Under the pieces are notes generated by a model that saw only the letters and a program-made list of their open reading frames with translations, was not told the DNA's origin and searched no databases. From Azolla caroliniana (taxonomy: Eukaryota > Plantae > Polypodiophyta), in assembly GCA_043228905.1 (NCBI GenBank), contig JBHGNT010000511.1, positions 1 to 22,106 on the forward strand: DNA of 22,106 nt, read 5' to 3'. The translations under genes were made by a program, and so were the position numbers. Each line of letters starts with the position of its first letter. Within the stretch, counting starts at the first letter, position 1. Positions 10,184 to 20,200 of this stretch are shown piece after piece.

Positions 10184-11902
10184 AGAAACTAGAAGATATT
10201 GGAGTTGTTTCCCCCAATTTCGTCATTCCTGTTTTAGAAGTTCTGATCTGAAAATCTTTCTTGATAAGGATCGTCAAGGTTTGGGCTTTTAAGTAGAAAG
10301 AGTCCCATTTAGCCATATTTCAAGAATTTGAAGGTCTTGCTCCATGTGAAAGATTACAGAAGTCTGAACACAAGCAACAATGTAGTCTCATCCAGTTGCA
10401 CCTTGGTATTGTTGCATGAAGATGCAGTTGATGGTAAACGGTATAGAAAGTTTATTTGAATCATGCTCGTGTTGCACCTCTCTCCATCTCAAAATTTGTG
10501 CTCAATTATCCCATAAGCTTATCCCCATGGAATTTGACCAAAATGCATCAAGATGGCCCTACAGTTCCTTTGACTGTATCAGTCACCAAATTTACTGAAA
10601 TTTTAATCTGGTTAAAAATAATTCCTAAAATCCCGCTCGTAAGTTAACCAATTTATGACTACTTTTCATGGGCTTCTCATGTATTTTTTTGTAAGGTCAC
10701 TCCTATGCATAACTAGAGAAAAACACTTATGTACCTCAGAGTTGCAGCTTGACATGTCCAGCTGGGAGAAGTTGTATTAGGTCGGTCTATGAATTATTGG
10801 TGGGAAGCATTGTTAAATTGTCATGAATCCTTCACACCATAATGTGACAATCAAACCAGAGTGTTGTATTGGTAATGGTGAATGAGATTTGGGTTGGGAT
10901 TTTAATGAATGCCTATAGACATTGGATTATCACACAGATTTTCATACTATACACCAATTATGATCGTTGTTTCATTTTGATGGTTTGCATTTGACAATAC
11001 TAGTAAACAGATACTGACTTAGATAATTAAAACTAGCAAGAAATTAAGGAATTAACAATGGGCGACCTAGTCCTTTACTATGAAGAAAGAAACATAGACC
11101 ATTTCATAAATAAATATTTAAAAACAGGTGACTGTGGCATTGTTGTAAACCATGCAACCTCTAGTCCAACAATTAGCAAGACAAAAAGTGACATTGTTAA
11201 GTGTTATATAACATTCTAGCTAGCTAATTATGGTCTAATTATTAAAATATATCCACTAGCTTATGCAAACTTTATGGAATATATGCTCAACTCTTAAAGA
11301 TGTTTCAGAAATGGTGACAAATATTTATTTTGACTAACCCTTCATTTAAGAAGTTATGTAGGTCAGTTTGTTGTGACTAGTTGCCATTTTGATTGATTTA
11401 TTGTAAGCATATGCAACCTTAAAGGTGAAAATCAAAACAATGAGTTCATGTAATTTCAACGCAAAGTCTATATCCTACTTGTAAAATCTCTGCATTCAGA
11501 ACATTGTAGACTCAACCGAAACTCCAGGGAATTGAAATAAACATACACAACGAATAGGAAATGAGCCTATGATTCTAAGAAATGTTATCCTAGGCAAGTC
11601 CGAGTCAAGAGCAATTGAGAAACCACATCATTTTTTTTCCGTTCTTTAGGTGGTTTACCTTTCTATCTTTCTCAAAGTTTTTTGATGATTTTACTGCAAT
11701 GGTTGCAACCCAGCAATTAAAGTCTTTTTGCATATAGTTTAATTCGTGTCACATATAGAGCAGACCTCGATATAAGAAGAGTTAATTGATGATACGCACA
11801 ATGACATTAGATTCCTTCATTTCTTTATTGTTTTGGATGGTCATGTGGGATTGGTTGATGAACGAAGATGTGCAAAAGAATGTTGTGCTTGTGGTCTCTT
11901 AA

Positions 11903-11970
11903 CTCCATTAATCCCTATCAGAAATGTGTTTTTCTATCTCCATTAATCCCTCTCAGAAATGTGTCTTTCT
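11903..11970. repeat. 35-bp tandem duplication in the last exon of the acidic-protein gene
   Basis: CTCCATTAATCCCT(A/C)TCAGAAATGTGT(T/C)TTTCT at 11903 and 11938. Confidence 0.92.
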
Positions 11971-14289
11971 TCCAAATCTTTTGTAACTGCGCAAACCTGC
12001 ATGTGGAAGGGCATAGAAACATAATGTTTAAATGGAAAGGAAACCATGTAGTACGCTTGACATTGCATTCTGTGCATTGCCTTATCTATGATCAAAGTAA
12101 AATTAAGCCCATCTCAGCTATTCGATGAAACGTGCACTTTCAACAACAAGATTGTAACCGACGATGGTTATGAAACTTTGAAATTAAGGAGAATAATGCA
12201 TCACCATAGATTGCAAATTTGGTTGGTAGTCTCAATTATATATACCTTGTAGCATGTTCATTAAGGAAAAGTGATACCATTTGATCGATTATGTCCACTC
12301 AATGAGAGGATCATGCTTAGATGTGTCTGGAATGAGAACATGGCAGGATATCAGAGATTTACCTGGCAACACGATCAATTTTACCACCTTTGCCAGATGA
12401 CCCATCATTCCCAACGCTACAACGGCTTGTAAGGTGGATCAATGAATGTTTTCTTTGATCTTCAGAATTCATGTTTCCTCTTTGCCCTATTTTAATTGTT
12501 CCACAATTACTAAAGTTCTTTCTTTCTTAAAAATGTAGAATGTCGGGTATTAGATCAAACTTAAAAGAAAAGACCAAACATTAAAAGACAAGTTAGGAGG
12601 ATCTTAAGGCAAATGTATTTTTACCTTTTTAAGGGTTTGTATAGACAAACAATATATGGTGAGCCTACCACAGTAGTGAGAGCACCTTATGGCAGTTTAT
12701 AAATTATTTGTGTGAATGGATGGATGTATGAATGTATATATAAACTAATCAGGATTAGCTAGCTGATTAGGAGGAAGTAAGTAGGATTAATGAACCGCTT
12801 AGAATTCGCTAACCAGAATTGTTCCATCCTTAAACATCCAAAAGTAAGACTTACGCAGGCAGGGGCTGTAGCTCTCTGTGCTGATTCGCCCACCATTCAT
12901 CAAGTTATTGCAATTCTCCACTTCATCTCCGATCCGCCCATCAGAATTAACCATACGATTCTCATCATTAACCCCTTGATTCACAAAATTATTCACGTTA
13001 TCCCCATTAATCCTCCTCTTCGGTGGTGCAGGATTTCGCCTGATTTTGGCCTTTATCGTGCTCTCAGTCGTCTGACTCTTCGAGATGGAGCCGTGATTAG
13101 ATTCTTTGATCACTTCACTGACATCATTAATGCTTAATCTCTTCACCGAATTCTGATCTTTCTTTGACAGTCTGATGGAGTTCTTGATTGATCTTTCCAT
13201 GATGGGTGACAAAGGGGGTGAATTGATTATGGGATTGATTACGTAACTAGTGGGTGTATTATAATTTATTGACCCAAGGGGGCCATGATTATCACTATTT
13301 AATTGGATTGGGCTGGTTTTTACTTTCCCAATCAATGGATAAATTGGTTCCTCTGTTATCGAATCGACCTCCGCAATGGGTGATTGGCTGAGAAAAACAG
13401 AGTTTGTTAATTGAAGAGATAAATTATTGTCTGAACCATTCGAAGAAGACATGGACGGTTCGAACAATGGTAAGAAATCCTGTAATTTCAAATGGGTTAG
13501 CTGTGATGCCTGATCGATTGGCTGATTTTCCAGGTTTTGGCAAGTAACTTTCCCATTTTGATCCATTCGTTGGCTAGCAGTAATCTCCTGATTGTTATCA
13601 GGATTTTGGCCGAAATGATCTGATGCTTTGGTATACATTTCCAGCTGATTTTCACGGATTTCTTCAAATTTATCAATCATTTCTTCTTTAATTTGATCAA
13701 TTAATTCTGTGTCAGATATGCTGATGGACGAATGTGGAGAATAATTAAATCGTTCTCCACCTTCGTTTAGAGCTATTTCTTCATCATAATCATCATATTC
13801 GTCTTCTTCTTCTTCTTCTTCTTCTACGACTAATGCTTCTTCTCCCCCTCCTACTCCTCTTTCTACAGCTATTTCTTCATCATCATCTTCTTCTTCTTGT
13901 TTTTCAACTATTTCTTCTTCTTCTTCTTCTTCTTTTTCAACTATTTCTTCTTCGTCTTCTTCTTGTTGTTGTTTTCCAACTATTTCTTCTTCGTTTTCTT
14001 CTTCTTGTTTATCATCTATTTCTTCTTTCTCAACCTCCTTCACCTCTTCTTCTCCTTCTTCTTCTCCTTCTACAGTTGTTTCTTCTTCATCATCATCATC
14101 TCCTTCAATTAATTCGTCCGGTTCTGATTCGAAACGATGTTGTGTTTCTTCTTCTAACTCGTCCGGTTCTTCATCTAATGCTCCTGATTCTTCTGCTTCC
14201 ATTTCCCCTTCCCATTCTTCTTCTTCTTCTTCTTCTTTAATGGCACTTAATCCATCATCACTAATGTCATCACTCTGTGACGAGTCCAT
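11918..14289 (-). CDS. Acidic low-complexity protein with a C-terminal HYLS1-like motif; predicted exons 14289-12855, 12525-12363, 11996-11918 (558 aa)
   Basis: Long Glu/Asp-rich ORF from ATG 14289. A consensus donor C|GTAAGT at 12854 (phase 1) joins acceptor TTTTTAAG| before 12525. Donor CAG|GTAAAT at 12362 (phase 2) joins acceptor TGCAG| before 11996. The phases match and give ...SPCLQRKNFSNCGTIKIGQRGNMNSEDQRKHSLIHLTSRCSVGNDGSSGKGGKIDRVARFAQLQKIWKKDTFLRGINGDRKTHF*. The gene itself is well supported; the HYLS1 assignment is by recalled motif similarity only. Confidence 0.75.
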
Positions 14290-14314
14290 CTAAATATAAG
14301 GATAGGCTCTGTTT

Positions 14315-14316
<2 letters not shown>

Positions 14317-14353
<37 letters not shown>
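14317..14353. repeat. (GA)n microsatellite, i.e. (TC)n in the leader of the minus-strand gene
   Basis: Directly visible; starts 28 bp upstream of ATG 14289. CT-repeat leaders are common in plant 5' UTRs. Confidence 0.95.
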
Positions 14354-14356
<3 letters not shown>

Positions 14357-14557
14357 GAAGGGGGGGGAAGCAGGGGATATGGAGGAATTGGAGCAGCGAA
14401 GGGAGGCGAACCCCCCTCTTCTCAATTCCAAAACCAACTCCCCCCAAATAAAATCACTTACATCTTCTTCTTCTCCTCCTCTTCTAAAACCAACCCTTTT
14501 ATTTTAAGTACCTTACCTTACTGGTAAATTGTTACACACAAGCATTATGTATGTCTT

Positions 14558-14893
14558 GGGTTCAAAACCCAATTTTCTCACCTCATACATATCTCCTTTA
14601 ATTCACTAAATGCCTGTGAATGTAGGGGTTGAACCCATGACATGCTCGGGTTTGGTTTGAAACCCAATTTTCTCACCTCTCTATTAGATACTTCATATCT
14701 CCTTTAATTCACTAAATGCCTGTGAATGTAGGGGTTGAACCCATGACATGCTCGGGTTTGAAACCCAATTTTCTCACCTCTCTATTAGATACTTCGTCTA
14801 GACATCTCTTTTAATTCACTAGATGCCACTGTGGAATGTAGGGGTTGAACCCATGACCTCCTGGTCTCCATTGGGCAGCCTTACCAATGGGCT
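14558..14893 (-). mobile_element. tRNA-derived SINE-like element with its body amplified as three tandem ~90-106 bp units
   Basis: The minus strand from 14893 reads AGCCCATTGGTAAGGCT (A-box-like, D-arm stem AGCC/GGCT) ...AGGAGGTCATGGGTTCAACCCC (variable loop plus B-box GGTTCAACCC). On the plus strand, units start at 14558, 14648 and 14754, each with AAACCCAATTTTCTCACCTC...TTTAATTCACTA...GAATGTAGGGGTTGAACCCATGAC. Confidence 0.6.
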
Positions 14894-14902
14894 TTTGTTC
14901 AA

Positions 14903-14904
<2 letters not shown>

Positions 14905-14941
<37 letters not shown>
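14905..14941. repeat. (TC)n microsatellite
   Basis: Directly visible. Confidence 0.95.
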
Positions 14942-14945
<4 letters not shown>

Positions 14946-15580
14946 TATTCATTAAGTTAAACAAAGGAGGCAAAACTACATATATAGATTCCATTCACAC
15001 ATCAATGCACCCTCTCTAATCTATTCTCCGAGGGTTTCTTTATCTATGAGATCCTCGATTCATAGTTTTAAAAAAGAATCCAACACCAGCCCTCCTCACA
15101 TGTCATCATGGCTCCAATGGTTGCACAATCTAGGTGTCATTGCCTTCGTACAATTCAAGCCCATGTTGGGAGAATTCAAGCGAATGTCTAGCAAGCTTGG
15201 TAAGTATGGGTGTCAAGTGATGGTATTGATCTATGCACCCACCATCTCAAATATGATTGATAAAAAACAATGGCCTACAATAACACAAGGTAAAAATAAA
15301 GTTCTCCAACATGACATTCCTATTATAAGATGTGCGCCCTTGTTGCTACTTAAATTTTTATTAAATTTTAATGCTTCCCAACATGCTCTCCATAAATTTT
15401 AATCATCTTGCTTTGCCATTGGATCATCAAGTCTCATACATCCAAAAAATGGATAGACTATTAGTAAAACACAACATTTTACACCCATATTCCACATAAC
15501 CCTCTCTTCATCTTGTTGCCCAACATGAACTTGTCACATTACACACCTTTATAGCCCTTCACATTCTAACCTTATACGAG

Positions 15581-15830
15581 AATCCTTTGACCTCCCACTC
15601 CTTTTAAAGAGACCTGAATGCAAATGAAACTAGACTACACATATAACCATTTCCATTTTAGAATATATTACTACCCGTAACATCTTTTAAACCACAAACT
15701 CTTTTATCTATGTTTATTTTTATTTTCATTTTCGATGATTGGGCACACATCCCAATATTGTCACCAATTGTGCCCATGGACCAAATTTAGTCTTACAAGA
15801 CATTAATGTCTGTCTCTGTGTCCTCTCTCC
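15581..15830 (+). mobile_element. 5'-truncated, diverged copy of the LINE 3' end seen at 511-787
   Basis: AATCCTTTGACCTCCCACTCCTTTTAAAGAGACCTGAATGCAAATGAAACTAG aligns with AACCCTTAGACCTCCCGCTTCTCTTCGAGAGACTTGGATGGAAATGAAATTAG (511-563). TTTCGATGATTGGG...CCCAAT...CATGGACCAAATTTAGTCTTACAAGACATTAAT aligns with 674-755. It ends in a degenerate pyrimidine-rich tail. Confidence 0.8.
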
Positions 15831-17251
15831 ACGCAAGTGCACTTGTTCAAATCCCTCATACATATTACGAATGCACTACATGCATGGAAATGCATCAAGA
15901 TAATGATCAAGCAGTTATAAAAACCTGCAGCTTTTATTTTTTTTCAGTATAGATGGGGCATTAAATCACCGATATTTGGGATCAAGGTTTGTCTCAAACC
16001 AACTTTGGGCATCTCGCATTCATTAGTATATCATTCTTTTCCTTCTGTTTGGAAGACAAAAAACACTTGAATGCAAACCTTTGATGTGTAAACACTGAGA
16101 TCAGTTGAAGACTAATTGCAACATACTCTGCAAACAGATTTCAATGCCACCCTCACTATGCACTAGGTCTCCCATTCTCACTCATGATACTTCAGAAATA
16201 TTACTTTGCAAATCAGTACAAATATATGTCAAAAAATATAATTACATCGTTCATGATTTCAAATAGGATACACATCATACATTCTGCACACAAATTCAGT
16301 AGTTACACATCATATAAACATGTCCTTTCAAGGCTTGGTCTCATGCCTAGGAGAGTAATCGAAGAATCTCTCAATTACTCTCATGCAGGGCAGAATTAAA
16401 TGTTCCTTGCAATTATCCCATGTTGATTAATGCAATTAATTAAATCTTGGTTAGATTAACCCTTCCTAACTATTCTAAATTACACATTAATGAAATGCAT
16501 ATTGATTGTTTAATGATTTTAATTCGCATCAACTTGTAGTTTTACAGTTAAGTACCTCTTCATTACTTAAATGAGAATTATAATTAAATCCTTCATTACT
16601 CCAATAAGTAAGTCTTTATGATTACAATAATTAAATCCCTGATTACACCAATTGATCATTTAATTATTAATCCACATCCAACTCCAAATACACATCCAAC
16701 TCATCACTTTTAATTATTAATCCCTGTCATCCTAATTAAATGTCCAACACATCATTCCTTACAATTAGCTAAGAAAAAAGGGGCCACTAATTAGAAAAGC
16801 TAAAACTAATTTAAAAAAACAGATATTAAGGAAAAAATGTTGAACTCATTATTTCAAAAAAGTTGACTCTGTTGAAAGCAAGCAGAGTGCAGTCTAAATA
16901 AAATTTGCACCCTTATTGAATTTCGAGTGTTACTTAGGAGTGCACATGAATGGAATAATTATGTACATATCCAACTAATGTTTGATTTTTAGTATTATAA
17001 GTATTGTAACAGAGTATCTTCTACTTACAAGAATGATGTGATTGTGGTGATTCTTGACCTGAGGTTGCTAAATTTTGGGCTTGCCATTCTTCTGAGATAA
17101 AATGTTCCATTCGCTCGACTGAATAAGATTTAAACAGGACATTCAATTGAGTTTATTTGAATTTCGTAAATTATATAGCAGTGAGCATTTGAGATTGTAA
17201 AAGAACGGCAAATTTCGTAATACTGAAAGTTCAGATTTCCAGAATAGGAGG

Positions 17252-20200
17252 TCAAACCTCAATCATCCCATTCCGATTCCCATCAAACATTCGATAAATC
17301 AGGTCCAACTCCCTCTGGTAAAATACAGATCCCATGCAAACATACAGGTACAACTTTATCATGTAAATTTCATTTTAGTAATTAATGTGTTAAGGCTATG
17401 AAACTGGACAGAATTACTCAGATAGGCATATAACATTATTTCACAAAGCTTAAAGCGTTTTTTATTATTGCTAGCATTTATATAAACAAGATTTTTTTAA
17501 TCATAAATAGCTACAGACAACCAGTAGTTTCTCCTTATCTATGGGTCACTATTTGTAGCAGTAGAAATATTTTAGGGTTTTGGGTTTAATATTTTAAAGA
17601 GATATATATCCACTTAATAGAATAACAGCCTTAAGTTAAAACTTGCCATATCAAATGTTTCCTTAGATTTACATAAGGAAAAACTAAGCATTATATGTTA
17701 CAATCAACCACTTTTAGCATAAAGCAGTTGGTAAGATGAAACTAAGCCTTGAGATAAAACTTGCCATAAAAACCATTTTATCTAACGAAAAATTAAGCAT
17801 TAAATTACAAACTATTAAATTGTTACATCTATCATCACCCACTTTTCGAATGAAGCATGTTGTAGAATGACCTTTGAGTATTTGCTCAAATTCTTCTCGA
17901 CTCAATCGATGCCCTTCACCTGCAATACACCGTCGCATAAACTCTAGAAATCTTGAACTCTTTAAAAAATAATCAAATCATGTGAGAAGTGTAGAAAGCT
18001 TAGCAAACTTCTCAGATACAAGTTCAGGAAAACGATGTTATCCCAACACCAAATTTGAGATCAGTATAGCGCATATCCGTCATACATATAAACACATTAA
18101 AATTCAATTACTCCAAAATAGTTATGATTAAACTTCAATACAAGGTTGTAAGATATAAAACTCTCATCAACAAAAAGATGAAGATAATTGTCGATAGATC
18201 CAGATGAAAGGTCCTGTAAAATATTGACTCAACATCATCACTTTTTCCTCTCCATAAGCTTGACATATGGTAAGTATCTATGTGGGATGAAGATGAGATC
18301 TATATCACAATTCCATAAGCTATTTTTTGACCCATCATTCAGCTGTTTTATGCCACTTTTCTAGCTCCCTCATTATGTGAATACATACACACACACACAC
18401 ACACACACGTTTACATTCTGCTACTAAAAGAACTGACTGTTTGTACGTGTCACACAGCCAGTATCATGATCTTAATAGGTTGAACCAATATGGCCTTACA
18501 AATATGTATACTTCATATAAATGTCACTGCTGCTCAAAATAGTCTGAGATGAGCATAATATCATCTCAACAACAACGTCACAAACCCTTAACTCGAATAT
18601 GACCATAAACCAATCAATAGGTTCCGCCTCCACATAAAATATATTTATACAAAAATGTACAATGCGTATAGATGTCACAGCTGACTCCTCAAAAGAGGAG
18701 CATGATATGATTTCCTGATCAACATCCCATATAGCCCCACAAACCAATAGATTCCAGTTTCCACAATAAGTTAGGTAAAATCCATAGGTGATAAAGAGGG
18801 AAGCCTGCTTCTGACATTTTAACTTGTAGCCAGAATTGTAAGAAGATTTAACTTTCTTGACAGAAATGCAATCGTTACACAAAGTCAAGCTTGGTGCCCT
18901 TGACCACCATCTTGTGGGAAACAGCATAATTTTAATGCATACAAAGCATGTAGATAATATGCATGTGGGATCCCCCATGAAACTGTTGGAATTAGTGTGT
19001 TCCAATGTATTCAACGCCACTTCCTGTTCATTCATTAGGAATTTGGTTCTTTATCACATTCATTGATGTTGCTACAAGGTATGGGTCTACCTGTCGAAGA
19101 ATAAGGAAGCGCCCTTAAGTATGGTCAAGTTATGAATGGCTGTAGTAGAGTTGGAAAAATGCTGGAAGCTGAGAACTCTCTATTTGGAGAATAGAGGAGA
19201 ATTTAATTATTAAAAAATCCAGATTTTCAGCGAAAATTGGGGAAAAGGCAAGATAACAGAGAGGAAAGCTTCATAACGGATGCCATACATTTGTCAGATA
19301 GGTTCTAATTGCTGTCTCCAGAAGACCTCTGGCATAGGTCAACGCAGAATGGATAGACCACTAAAGCAAAGGGAGCACCTATAGCGGCAGGGAGATAATG
19401 GCATTTATCTGCCAATGACAAAGGGTGGGAAGATCATGGTTTGTAAGGCCAGGGATTTCGAAGTTCTATATGATCCAGGTGTCTGATGCAGTGATACACT
19501 ACATCCCTTCCATCAAGTTCTTCTTACTGTCAATGCAGAGCCTCTTACCCTCAAAAAGGCTAGGACATGTCAATCTCCAAATAAGTGTGAGTGTGCTATG
19601 CAACAGGAGGTCAAATAGCCTTCCTACATGGAAATCTAGACGAGGAGCTATATATGAAGTGACTAGAAGGATTTGTAGTCTTAAGGAAGAAGCAATTGCT
19701 GTGCAGAAATAGGCCCCATGCCAATCATAGAAGAAATTTAATTGCTCTCGCAGAGTTTCATCTCTACATAAAGCACAAAGATGGCAGCCTTATCATACTA
19801 GTTTCCTCTCTACATAAACCACTGACACACTAATTGCAGGAAAACATGATAAGATTCTGCAGGAAACAAAAAACAAATTCAAATTTGCATTGCTTAGTAA
19901 AGATCTAGGACACACTGACCATATTCTTAGAATGAGGATCATGCAGGACAGACAAAAAGGTGTTTATTTTAAGAAAAGTATAGTGAGAAGCTATTGGACA
20001 GATTTCACATGGCTGATGCTAAGCGACTTTTAGCACTTCTTCAGCCTCAAGAGAAGCTTTCAAAGGCAAATTGTCCCACTACTGATGCAGCAGCCGCAGA
20101 TGTGGCATGCTTCATTTTGCAGATAATTGATGCACACTATGGCATCGTCATGTCCAAACACCACATATGCAGAACTAGTCAACAGATTCATGTTTCGACC

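Noticed and set aside
10184-10700. Frameshifted E+/DYW continuation of the PPR (MKKLEDIGVVSPN; CSCC in a downstream ORF)
   Set aside because: No PG box, HSE or CxxCH motif in the frames I read; the similarity is too weak.
12799-12854. End of the 496-aa ORF (RKSYFWMFKDGTILVSEF*) and an alternative donor CTG|GTTAGC at 12813
   Set aside because: The GTAAGT donor at 12854 is stronger and its phase fits the best acceptor of the next open exon, so this stretch is treated as intron read-through.
12790-13137. 115-aa plus-strand ORF
   Set aside because: Antisense to exon 1 of the acidic-protein gene, with no recognisable motif.
13833-14240. Leu-rich and Phe-rich plus-strand ORFs (13833-14240, 13897-14112) that look like membrane proteins
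   Set aside because: They are antisense shadows of the GAA-rich poly-Glu coding strand.
14558-14857. CRISPR-like array
   Set aside because: Eukaryotic context, the segments between repeats are themselves homologous rather than unique spacers, and there are no cas genes.
14830-14900. Functional tRNA gene
   Set aside because: D- and T-arm-like parts are present, but no proper anticodon or acceptor stem forms, so it is treated as a SINE head.
15046-15402. 118-aa plus-strand ORF and a faint G-patch-like minus-strand translation (IVQPLEP..RRAGVG)
   Set aside because: The ORF has no recognisable domain. The minus-strand hint is interrupted by stops and too short to call, though it may be retroelement debris.
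18496-19035. 179-aa minus-strand ORF
   Set aside because: Lies antisense over the copia LTR/integrase remnant inside an intron, has no domain signal and is not needed for the MRS2 frame.
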